Shown here: positions 14,190 through 27,200 of the stretch, in pieces
How positions within the stretch are numbered: the first letter of the stretch is position 1
How the letters are laid out: each line of letters starts with the position of its first letter
Assembly (NCBI GenBank): GCA_051294375.1
Contig: CM119265.1
Coordinates: 21,514,278-21,578,277 of the forward strand
DNA length: 64,000 bases
Source: Paraspadella gotoi
Lineage: Eukaryota > Animalia > Chaetognatha
Reading direction: 5' to 3'
Program-made: the position numbers and the translations under genes
The notes under the pieces: model-generated
Seen by the model: only the letters and a program-made list of their open reading frames with translations
Told to the model about the DNA's origin: nothing
Databases searched by the model: none

Positions 14190-16869
14190 AATTATGTTTG
14201 TCATCCTCCTATTCTTCCCTCACACCCATTCAAAATCCCAACTTCATTTCCAGTTTTTTTTTGTTTTTTTTTCGCGCTATTTCAGTTTTTCTTTTTTTTT
14301 AATTAACCGCCCGAAAGTTCGTTTACTTCATCCGCCATATCCCGACTCCGATGGTTTTTCAAATTTTTTGGGCGTCATTTGAATGTTTTTATTTTTAAAA
14401 AATATAAAGATGATGTAGACTGGCCGAGCGTAATGTATCAGTCGACTATGTACGAAACGTTCTCGTACTGTTTTACGAAATTATCCGTAAAGAGCATAGA
14501 AAGCGAAAACTATGATTCAAGTTTTTCTGTACTACCTGTGTTCGTCAACTTGCAACATTTTTCTTATCTTTTCCATTTACCCCTCGAATTTTTAATATGC
14601 GAGACTGTACTTTAAAAAAACGATTTTTTTCCTCCTTTTATTTACCTTTTGTGGTGTTTCCAGTTATATCCAGCTAGCTGTTATTGTTTTTCCCCAAATT
14701 TTGTAATGACACACACAGAACAGTAATAAGAAATTAATTCAGCGGTAATCTATGCAAATTATAATTATATAGATTTCACAAGAATTGTGTCACAACCACT
14801 ACTCTTATACTTTAATACTTTCTGCTTTCGGAGTTCTCAAATACATTGTGTAGTACTTTTAAAAAAATTGGAGAACATAACTAACTAGATGGTGAATTTG
14901 TGTGGTGCAACACATTGTGATAATCTTATTCCATTCAATTTTAATATTATATTCTTTTTCAGTTCAAATTCTCATAAATGTATTACTATTATATCATTCA
15001 GCATCACTGCTGAGGCCTTATATCACATCATAAAAATTAAGATCCCAAATATTTGATCACACACTAAATTCGTTTATTTAATTTACCAAATCTGGCTTAA
15101 TTATTGCTACTGAGTAGCAAAAGTTGTCAACGTGATTAAGCTTTCGTCGCTTATGATTACTTTGTCAGAGAAATGTCTATATCATTCTTATTAATATCAT
15201 TAATTATTAAAACCAGTCCTATTAATTTAAATTTTTTTCATTTAATGCAATGCTGTATTTTTACTCATAGTCAGTCGTATATAATTTAAAAAATCATTAA
15301 CTAGTTTGGAGTCGGCAGATATTTGGCAGCACCCATCAACCTTCCATAATATTGCAAGTCAGCTTTTAAATAATTGTAATTTGTAATTAAATTTAAAACA
15401 TACTTTTAAGTAGGCCTTCTTCCAGATTGCCATAAATTTAGGCATTATTGTTGTTGTTATTATTGTTAAGCATTATTTAGGCTGAGATTACGGATTAGTT
15501 GAGAATTAATAAAATTATAAATCGGGTTTAAATTATGCAACATGATTAGGAGTAGCTTAACTCAGTAAGGTGGTTAAGAAATTTAAATTAATTTTTTAAT
15601 ATTTATTTATAAATAGGAACGGTTAAAAATTTTTTTAAGATTTTTTATTTTTAAGATCGGATTCAGGTAGCTTGCAAAAAGTTGTCTACACAAAGTATAA
15701 TTCTTTTTTCGATATTTTGATGTGGGTGAAAAATATGAAAAACTATTAATAATCATCATCATCATATTTCAATAATTTTATTACTTATTTTTAATTTTGA
15801 CCAAGAAAACGTAAGAATTTTGGAAAGTTGTAGTTATATATTTTTTTTTATTTATTCAACTTTTTATGCTTTATCAGAATAGGTCAAAAAAATTTAAGAT
15901 TGATTTAAAAAAATGTTATTATTATTTAGTAAAATTATTTTTTTACCTAAAAGTAGACTTCAAGACTAAAGTTTTGAACCCCCGCCCATATTGAATTTAA
16001 TTTCATAGTAGATTTCTAATATGATGATTTTTCTGTTTTTGAAATTGTCAATGGACTTATGAGGGGAAAAAAAATATGTGTTCTATGCAAGATACTTCCC
16101 CTTCAAACTGTCTGTGACACATTTCAAATATTATAAATATAAATGTGGTATTCTCCTTTGCGAGGAAGGAATATGTTGTTTTGTTTCTGGTCGAGGGCGC
16201 TGGTTTTTATTTTAAAAAATCGAAAAACCTTAAGTTCCTGGGATTTAGTCTGCTTTTACAAGATGTGCTTGTGTTGTGCACATTTTTTTCTGGGTTTGTT
16301 CTTTGCCTGCTTAAGTTATCTTAAGCTTAAGTAAGATTTTAATTTTCGCAGACAAATCATGTGCTTGTATGGCACAGTAAAATCTGCTACGTAACTATTT
16401 TCCCAACAAAAATATTTTTTTAAAATTTTATCATTAATAATTTTATTATTAATAATCATTAATAATTTCCGTAGAATTAGGCCCAAAATGGCTCTACTGG
16501 ATTTTCGAATCCTTAACGAGATAATTATAATTAGAAACAAAAGTTTTTATTCCCCTGAAAACAAAACTGTTCGGACAGTAAAATTAGGAAGGGGCTCCTT
16601 GAGTAACTTTTCAATCTACCCGTAACTAAAGTTATGTGCTAAAAGTTAATTGATTTTCGAAATTAAGATGTATTATATTATCTAAAAAAATTATATTTAG
16701 CTTTAAAATTTGAACAATTATTTTAAGAAGTATTATTAAAAAAAAAAAATTCTTCATAAAAAATATAAAAATGAATGAAAATATAGATATAGGTGAAATT
16801 ACACTAAGTAGGCTTAGTCGTTCTTACATTTTTTTAACCATATAAAAAATGCGTTAATTATATAGAGTT

Positions 16870-17128
16870 CTGTGGCAGCAAGACTTAAAGCTGCCTCACT
16901 GCTGTCCGTCCTCAGCCTCGTCTCAATGGCTGAGCAGGCTAAATCATCTCATTCCATCCGTGCGTCCCAGGTTCAATCCCTGGGTATCCCGGTTCTGGCT
17001 TAAATGTGACGGTGCCGGTATAAACATGCCAGTGACAGGAGGCGGTCACTGAGGGTCCGCAGCCCCTACGCCAGTTGGTGAGATACCCCGCGCCCCGGGT
17101 ATCACAGGCTATCCTCCCGTTGCCATAG
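16870..17128 (+). mobile_element. SINE/retrozyme-like element: A-box/B-box tRNA-like segment plus twister ribozyme inside a closing four-way junction (copy B)
   Basis: A box TGGCTGAGCAGG (16927-16938), B box in T-arm CCCAGG-TTCAATC-CCTGGG (16966-16984), twister 16995-17074, and 3' end GTTGCCATA shared with the copies at 35286 and 35697. Confidence 0.75.
16995..17074 (+). ncRNA. Twister ribozyme, type P5 (copy B, best preserved)
   Basis: P5 CTGGC/GCCAG; P2 ATGT(17004-07)/ACAT(17024-27); GA 17008-09; T1 CGG(17010-12)/CCG(17057-59); mini-P1 TGCCGGTA; TAA 17021-23; T2 GC/GC; P3 CAGTGAC/GTCACTG; P4 AGGG/CCCT. All consensus elements are in the right order. Predicted cleavage 17021|17022. Confidence 0.88.
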
Positions 17129-18208
17129 TTCAAACTTAAATTTATGGGTTTTAACCATTTTTATCGAGTGTATAAACGAGATCGTGATGGTTTCGATTGA
17201 AAGCTTGCAGGGATCTGTTACGTCATTATCTGTCCAAAGTCTGGTGGCAAGATGCTTATTTATTAAATGAATATATAATTTCATTGCTTTTCTCAGGTGA
17301 TGCATTGTAATATTATTAGCAATCACTTGTAGAGTTGGGTCGGATTTTATTCTAAATCGCTTGACCCGACTCCTTCCAAGAATCTTTTCGAGCGACACAA
17401 AGGAAAAACGCGGATCTCAACAAAGAACTGGAATATGACGAGCGAGAGGATGAGAAATCTCTCAACGATTCTGATGACGTGGAATTCGGAAGGAACTCTT
17501 CGTATTCAGCCTCGAATGACAGAAAAAAAAAATCACTTCTTTCCTTTTGGGATGTCATTCATTTGAATATCAAATTGTAAGCCTCGCGATTTTTCCCCCC
17601 GATTGCGTGCGTCGGTTGTATAAAAACTTTTTTCCTTTTTTTCAATTTTACTTACATGTCGCTAATTTCAAGTTTTTGTGAAAAATTCTTTATCCGTACT
17701 CTTTACAAATATTTTAATTATTAAAGCTCTACCCGGACAATTTAACTATAAATTTCTTTCTTTCTTTATTTTTAAACTATAAATTTCTTTCAAAATAAAA
17801 AATATCCTTAGTTGGAATTTTGTTAATATTTATTTAAAATGTGTATAATTTTTGCCAAAATAAAAATCGTTTAACCCAATAAATATAATATAATATAAAA
17901 AAGAAACTAGATCAAAGTGAAACTGATAGCTGACAAATCCGCTCGTCGAAGACGCCTGTTTCTTTTTCCCGTTCAGGGACGCGGTCGTAAATTATTTTTC
18001 TGAATCCTCGGGAGATCTTGCGGTTCGAACCGGTTTATTTAGTTTTGTTTTTTTTTTATTTCGTTTTCAGTTCGGAGCTTGACACGGATCTTACAAATCT
18101 TATACCCGGAACAGTTTCTAAAAAAAACAACAACAAAAAAACATTTACGATTTGTTTGGGAAACTATTCCAATGAAGATAAAAATAAAATAAGCAAACTG
18201 GATAGAAA

Positions 18209-21200
18209 ATGGCGGCTGCATCAGACGGCCCCACCATCTCCGGTGCCCTGAACCCCTTCGACGAGTACATGAGCGACTCTGATGACGACGTGAGTCAATA
18301 AATAATTATATAATCATAAAAGCAGGTCATCTTTCTCTTTATTTTTACTCTTTTTTGAGTATCGTTAATTTCGCCATGTTTAAATACCTCTTTCCATTAC
18401 TTATTCAGTCGCCTTCGTCAATGGCCTCGGGCTTAGACCGCAGAGCGAGCGCCTTCTTCACCTCCGAACCCAGCGGCGCCCATTCCGATCTAACCGGAGA
18501 CGAGAAGGAACTTCTCTCCAAGCTGGAAAGAGAGAATAAGTGAGTCTAATCCTTATTGACTCAATAATTCGAAGCCTCGAATTACGAGCCATCCCTCTCT
18601 TAAGGCGCCTCGAGGAGGATCGAAAGGCGGCGACGACGCTCTCGGCGGCGACGCACCTTGTTCCGATCGGCGTTAACCTGGCGCGACGCGCGTCCGGAAC
18701 TTCACTCGTTTCGTCCAATTCCAACAGCAACGTCGCGAGTGAGTATATAGGGTAGTGCGGGGTAATTCGGAACAGGGGTAATTTGGAACACTGCCATATA
18801 GAATTAAAATAATTATGTACTAATCTTCTAATTTTTTTAGTTTTATTTTATTTCACCAACTTGACTTCCATAATTAACGTTACAGCATTTCGCAATTTCA
18901 AAGCTGCGAGTCAAATTTCGTCTTTGAGTTGTCGTTTTCAAGCCTCTGACAGTCATATTTGACGTAATATGACTTTTTAATATTAATATATAACAGACGA
19001 GACTACTAATTTTTAGTTCTTAAATAGTATTAAAAAAATAATTCAATTATTTTTTACATAGCTACAATTAAATTGGGGTAAAACGGAACACCTGTAGACT
19101 GTGTAGAGTTTTGCGTTTCCTCGTATGCTTTTTATAATGTGTTAGCGGTAACTTTACTATTCGACGACCGAAACCAACCTTAGCTACCACCAGTCAGTGG
19201 TTTGTTAATCGATTAAATTTTGTTTTCCCCTCTAACGTAGAATCTCAGTTTGCGCAGGAATATAAATTTTTGTTAAGTTTTATTAAGAAACATAAATTTC
19301 GGACATGTTTCGGATTCAATGAATCTTAATTCATATGTCAAAAAAAGAGCGGTATTAAAAATACATTGATGCCGTAGAATGCTTGAGAATATTTTTTTTT
19401 ATATTGTAAAGTATCAATAAAATTTACAAGGCTCCGGGTAACTTTTCTGTGAAAGACAATGCATTATCATATTATGCAGCAACATTTATCCCTTACTTTA
19501 TAAGGGATAAATCTTTTTCACTACTCGCCAAGGACCATTTTTGCCACAAATCTGATAAAAAATATTATGTCAGAGATATAATATTAATAATAATATGAGT
19601 AGTCCTCTTGATCAAAAAAAAAAATAAAAACAGTTAGAGATGATAATAATAATAATAATAATAATAATAATAGAGAACTATTTTTATGCTGTTGAGAACG
19701 AATCTTTTTATTCAGTTTTAGGGAGGTCTTAATATATATCAAAACCTATTTAACGGCCAAAAAATGTTTGACAATGAAATTAACCGACTTTTCCAAACCG
19801 CGACAATTTTTTATTCCATTATGGTATCATCCCTTTGCTTAAAAGTTTACTAAATTTTTTTTTTAATTTCAAACCGTGAAATTTTTAAAATATTGTGACT
19901 TTAGTCACTTCAAACAAATGCTTCTGCTTCTCCCTGAAGGTTCGACAGAGGACCCCAATTCTGCGGAATCGTCCTTAGAAGAAGATCGTTGGAGCCTCTG
20001 GGGAAAGATCGTCAACGATTGGGACTCATATCGCAAAAAAACAGCCTTTGTTAAGGTAGGTTTTACTTTAAGAGAAAAGAGATTTCAAAATAACATAAAT
20101 CTGGGGACTTCGCCTTATCTTACAAATTTTACTATTGAAGGTTCTTGTATGTTTGATATTTATATTATTTTATAGGTTAATACTCGACGGTTTACGTTTG
20201 CCGTTTAAAAAATTCTTAACGGATACTACTGTAAATTTTCTGAGTCCAAATCATTTTTATACAATATCAACAATTTATTTTTTTTTCGTTCATTTTCTGG
20301 GATTGTCCCAATAAACTGATTATTGAAAATGTTGAATAGAGAAGCAGAGTTTATTACGCATCCCTTCCAAAACTGTCGACTTTCTGACAGCAGCAAAAGA
20401 GGAAGGAATGGCAGCATTCCTTATGAGGGCGGTCGCAACAGCATATAACACTTTCCCTGGACACTTTGAGAAAGTCATGGTTGCCGAAGGAGAATTATTT
20501 AAATAGATTGTATTCTGTTAATATTTTTATATATATATACCAATTTTCGCCAAATTGTCGTCGCCGCAAGATATTATTTTTTTTTACCCGTTCAATTTTT
20601 AATTTCGTCCCAAAAGTCCTGGACCTCCTTGTATATAAAAGTGAACAGGAAAAAAATTAAATGATAAAAATTGACTTTTGTTTTTTCAATTTGAACTCCT
20701 TTCAATTTTCACATTTTTCATTTTTCACATCTCAATTTTGTATGACTATGAGTTTAAAAAATTGTAAGGGACAATACAATCTTTTAAAAAAACCCCATCT
20801 GGAGTGAAGACCTTTTGCAAGCACTGAGCAAGCTTTTGTTACCGCGCCCGGTAAGAAAGCTTCCATTCCTACCACTGTGACCGCTTTCAGAAAATGGAGA
20901 TATGTAGGAGACACGTTGGACTTCTGACTTGAGCACCTCTCATTCTTAAAAGTCTAGGGTATCACAATCAGGAAAACAGGGGGGTAACAATTCCGGTTTC
21001 GTTTTTCTCTTGATTTCTGCTAAAAAAATTTAAAATTTTGTTTAGGAATGGCGCGGAAAAATTAGACATGTGATGGAAGAAAAATAAAGTAAGACAGTTA
21101 TCGAACAATTTTTAGGTCAAATCTATCGATCGAAACCTCTGTCGAGCTGTCAGTAAAACTTTATCAGAAAAAAGCTGAACCTCCCTGTAAAATATTTTCT

Positions 21201-24200
21201 TTTTTTTTAATAAAACATCTGTGGGCTCGTTGGAATTAAATATTAATAGTTCACGGTGATTTTTTTTTCTTAACAAAACAATATGCTAACAGTCAAGGCT
21301 TTGAATCGCGAATATTCTCTGTATTTCAGATCTTCTTTCAATTAATTTTTGGTAACTTTACTGATTCTCGCTTTGATCGACCTTTCTGATTTTTCAAGTT
21401 TGGACGAACGTTACCCTCGCACAAAATCATCTTTTCTCTTTTTTGTTCTGCGTGATGGTCCTGTGAAATGTGTTTTATAAGTTTTAAAACTGCGTGGCTG
21501 AGCAATTGCTTAAAGGTTGAAAATCATTTCTCTTTTATACCTTGACACACTGTGGAATTTCAGGAAGCACTTCATCCTCCGCCATACTTGGAATTAGCGG
21601 CACGCAGTGGTATACTGCTAACTAAAATTACCCAATATTTCGATTATTTAAAAACATTTTTTGCTAAATTTGTTTTACCTGTCCCGCTTCAATCCGAACC
21701 AACTTTTTGTAATCCAGAGGTTCCTTATATCTCTGTATAGGATGGTAGGTCTTGCCCAAAATATCACTAGTTGGCGGTACTCCAGGCCATTCCTCCGTTT
21801 CTCTTTCAATTTCCATTAATTTATGGCTATCATCTACTTTGTTACCTAAATTCGGGAAAGCTGAACTCATTTTTAAGTTCGGTAAACATTTTCTTTCTGC
21901 TTTCTGGGTAACTACTTTTATTTATTTTTATATAGTTGTAGAGAGTACCCACCTGCGAACAACCATTTTACTCGTCCTATTGTCCCGTTTTTTTACCGCT
22001 ATTTTTATTTATACTATCTCTTAAACACTAGTATTATTTTCATTTAAAGTCTCAATCTTTACCTTGGCAGTATCATGACATAACTAAACCTTGTTTCATG
22101 TTGCGAACCTGCAAATCTCACGCACCAAATCAGTATGATATTTTTCGCGTATTTCCAATATGGGCATGAGCCTTGGTTGTAAACCCTGTGTTATTAAATT
22201 TTTTAACTTTTTTTTTTTTATCTTTCACTACTATTGAAACCTTAAAGAAAGGGCAGAGGCAAGACGTAGTAAGTCCGATTTTACATGACGTTTGTCTGAT
22301 ATTTGTCGTCGCGTCACGTTTATGCGATTTTTTTCCTTGGCTGCCGCTGCCTCTATTTGAGAATCGGTTAGTGTAATGAGCGAGCCCCAACTGTCAACTT
22401 GATCGACAACCTGTTATAATAAAAAATCATTAGTTAATCTAAAGTTAATCAAATGAATACCTCGCACTTACTGATTCCACTTTCTCTTCCGAGGGAGCTT
22501 TGATTAATTCCGGTATATCCCATGGCAAGGATTTTTCTTGGCCAAATGCCCCTATATAGCTTCCAAGTATTGTCCATAGCCGAACGGTTCCTGAACTACT
22601 TGCAGAAGCCACTAACTCCTGATTTTTAAGAATTTTTTCAATAAAGTAAATTTTAACAGAATATTTGATATGAATAACTAACCTTTTCATCAATAAATTG
22701 CACTGCGACTGTGCTTTTAACATGCGCAAGCCAGCAATTAAGCCGTAAAGGAATTTTCAGAGTTTCGGCATCGAGATGTGATGGTAAAGAATCGGCGAAG
22801 GAGGAATATGTTTTATAGCGCAGCTTGGCAATTGATAGCAAATAGGGAAACCTTAAGCGATATAATTTAATTTGAATTTTTTTCTGTCGTTTATTATAAT
22901 GTTATATGATTTTTTAAAAGCTTTACCTTTGGAAATAAGGGTGTGCTTCTAGAACTTCATCCTCATCCTCCATTGTGCACAAAACCTGTTTTCCTTCTTC
23001 GCACCACCCACTAATATCCCATATATGAAGGTGGCCAGTGCTACATTTATAAAAAAAAATTTATAGATTGTTTTACAACAGTGAAAGTTGTCAATAAGTT
23101 ACCTATCTCCTATAAAAAGCATAGTTTCCTTTTCATCAACATCGATGCACATTATGCCACTTGATTCATTAAAGGCAGCATGGAACTGACCAACGAGGCC
23201 ACCTTGAGGATGTGTTGACCAAGCCCTAATCTGGCATTAGTATTAATTTTTTATTATAAATATTTATTTTTGAATATGATGGTTTTGATTAAATATTTTT
23301 CGTTCAATTGTTAATCTAAAGATGCTTCACAAGCTTATTTGTGTAAGGCTATTACTACGACAGAAATGCCTCAACTTTTCGTCATTTGAATTTACTTACC
23401 CATCCCCCTGAATCAGCTGCAATTAGTGTGGCGGTTAAACGCTTCTGTTCTCTAGTTTTTAAAAAAATTATCTTCTCTATCTGAATATGTAATAAAGCTA
23501 GATTGATAATAATTCGATAATATCTGAAATATTTTTTTTTACCGCGTTTCTGTATTTGTCAGACTCGACATCAACATCATAATTATTTATGGTTTCTGTT
23601 GGAACTTCAATAATTTGTTCTGCACCAATGCATACTCCATAAGGATTAATCTATGATTATTCCCGTGAAAATAAATAATTAAATTAAAATCATTTATTAA
23701 CTGCTGTTATTTCTCACCTTGTCTTTGGCATCTTCTATAGTCCTTCTCATTAATTTTCCGAACACTGACTGTGGATAATCTAAATATGACATTGAGCTAT
23801 TCTATTATACCCGTTTTTTTTTGTTGAATCGTGAACGTCGTAGTGGCGGTTTTTTTTTTATAATACCAAGTGTTATATAGGTTATATAGGTTTTGATTGA
23901 AAATTAAGTTACCTGGTTCTTCAAAGCCTTGTGAATGTGTAGATGTTTTAGCTATTGGGGGTAATATTATTCCCTTTGTTGTGTCAGCCGGTATATTCGA
24001 ATCTGGGCCAGACATTTCACTTTGTCTTGATCCTTTTCGTCGACCATCTGTTTTCATTCAATATTTAAAATTTATTTAAAACTGTTTTAGATGTACCATT
24101 AGATCCAGTTCTCCTTTTATATTAACTATCAAATGATCCTGGTGATGTTTGTAACTTTGATGGTGTGAGAGAAGGTTTTGATTTTGTATCTTGCCCGGCC

Positions 24201-27200
24201 GAGATAGATTGATGGCTTCGCGTCTTTGTCACTAAGGCAAGTGTAAGCATTAAAGATGGTTTATTTGCGGGGTATTGAAGTATTTTATTTTTTTGCTACT
24301 TCGAATTTTGTAAATGTTTAATAAATTATACAAATCTTATGGTTAACTAAACATTCAATTTTTGTTAACTTTAATCATATAACTTTTTGCTTTTACTAAA
24401 TATATAATATTAAATTTGTATTACTTTTAACAAGCAGAAAGCATTGGCATAATTTTTTTTAAATTCAGAAGGTTTTTTCCCAATCTAATTATGATCGCAA
24501 ACTTGTCATAAAAAATTTGGCAAACAATTTTCGTTTTCACTACTCCATACTATGTAAAAGTAAAATTTTCAATAAATAATACATTTTTTAGAATAAAACT
24601 GAAATTTTTAAACATTAATTTACCCTTTAAGGAAGGTTTCGTCTTTCCACTTTTTTGACTATTGCCAGGATCGTCAAGCATTCTCTTTCCTCCCGAATCT
24701 ATTTGTCCCATTTCTTTAAGCGCCATCATTGACCAAACAGTAATAGGATAGCGAGATGTTGTTGCATCAAGACGAAAAATCAAATATCCTGTAGAAGATA
24801 GTAAAAAATATTTCATAAGATACTTAAATATTTTTTTCCTTTCTTTGTGGTTTTTCCTCCATCTCAAAACGAGTAACACAGAATAAGAATTTAATTCTTG
24901 CGAATGACTAAACCCTGTACAAGAGGCGAATTTAGGATTCGCCACAGTAACGTGAATAGTTCCAAAAATTCATGAGATTGATACAACTAAAGTGTCATTA
25001 ATGAATGTTTTGTTCATCAGTGTAGAAATAGGTTTTTTGTTCTGATGAAGGCCAACAGTTTAGCTGAAACATGTACGTTTTTTAATAAAAATGAAAACAA
25101 ATTTATTGTTTGTAAACAAACTTAATTTTTATTAATTAATTATTATTCTCTATATAAAAAAATTCTTGTGTCTTTATTTCGTCGAAATAAAAGAATGAAA
25201 GGGAGCAGTTTATTTGGTGTCATTCGCTTTGGGATCCAGAGTAAATACTTCTTTGTCTTTAAAACCTGCCTGTATCTAAATTCCATACTATCATTTCGCC
25301 GTCATATGCTCCTGTAACTAAAATATGCAGTGCCTCATTTGCTGACATTGACAAAATATCCTCTTTATGCTTTTGGGGCCAAACTTTGGTCAAAGGATCA
25401 ACAGCCTATTTAAAAAGTTTGTATCTTTGGATATTATTAATATCTTATTAATATTATCTGGCAACCAGATGAAAAAATGAATAAACCTCATTGTCCACAC
25501 CATCAACAAAAACTGTCACTCTTTTATTCCAACCGGCTGCAAAAATACATTGCTTTGCAAATACAATGCATGTAACTTCTGTGTTTCCAACTGTCTCCAT
25601 CGTTCTTAAAATTTGCCCTGAAATGTAAATACTTTACTTTTGGTGGTTTACCCACTGATATTTTTTTATACCATTGTTGTAATTCCATATTTTTAATGTC
25701 CCGTTTGAAGCCCCAGTTATTAATCTAGTTTTTTTTTCAACAAAGCAAGTTGCGGTTATTTCAACTGGTTTTAATCCATGCATTGATGTCGTATGCGCGT
25801 TGATAAATTGGATAACTTTTTGACCTAACATTAATACATGAAGTAGATTAAAACCCCAGAAACTTTCGCTTATGTCACTTATTTTTGTACCTGTGGCGAT
25901 ATCAAATACTGAAATAGTTGAATTTATGTCCGTACTCACTATTACTTCAAAAATGTCATTGTAAAGAGCCGAAGTGACCTGATATTAAAATTTTGACTTT
26001 GTGCCTTAGATTTTTTGACGAAATCTAAATTATGGATTTTTATTTAACGTACTTCGCAAGTATGTGACACTGGTTTCCCTGCTTGTTCTTTGGGGTCCAA
26101 TTGTTCTAGTAAAATTACAACGTTGGTTGCTATTCCCAATGACAATAATTGGGGATTGAAGCAAACTGCTCCTATGCTTCTATGGGTGTTTTTGTCAAAT
26201 AATACGCGTGGACTATAAAAAAAATATATTCCTACAATATTGCCACTCACATATAAATGTATTGGTAATTACGTTAAAGTTTGTAAAGATAATCCGTCTT
26301 TCATATTCCAAACAATGATTACATTGTCCTTGGAAACTGATATAAGCTGATCACGAAAAGAATCCATTTGTAATTGAATAACGGAAACAGTATGACCTTT
26401 CATCACTCCAATAGAATGATTAGGAATAAAAGGATCCCATAGTTTCACTAGCCCATCCTCAATGTTTGAAATACTGATTAATTTTTTTCTTTCAAAATCC
26501 TAATTTTACCATCTAAGAAAAAAGTATATCACATTATTAGTCGAGGATATCTATTCGAAAACTTGTTCAATTTTTTTATAAATCTGAATGTTTCCGAATC
26601 GACATCGAATTTCCTTTCAGTAGATTCCATTTTTTCGTAGGTCAAATCGTTTAGAAGTAACAAGCAAAAATGATCGCTACTTCAAATGAAAAATGGCGAA
26701 AAAATTTAGTTTTCTACCATTTTTGTATTTAGTTATTAAATTTTATTTTGAATGGAGTTAGTTTTTTTTTTAAAGTTTTTAATTGAATAGTTTTCAACAA
26801 TTATGTGATATACCTTTTTCCTAGATGGTAATCAGTTGCAGATTCCCTTACTGATTGTCCAGTGATGATCACGTTTCCATTCGAGCGAAATTCAAAACAA
26901 TTTATTCCTCTTGAATGTTTAAAATAATGACCATGTGGTTCTGGTGACGGCTCTTCAAGATTTATATGCCCAAAGAACATAGCTGTTTCGAAGTCGCTTT
27001 AATAAAAAAAATAATAAAATAACAATTTTTGGCTGAATAATATTGATTCATTTTTCGAAACCTGCAACAAGAGAGAAAAAAATTATTCCGTGCTTTTTCG
27101 AAATATTTTACACTTGTCACCCAATCGCGGTGCAGATTTTTGTATAGGACAGCGTTTAAAGTGACACATTTTCCTGAAAATGTATATTAGATATGGACAT

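Noticed and set aside
17102-17558. Small minus-strand gene upstream of EVI5
   Set aside because: Short ORFs with no recognisable domain or consistent splice structure.
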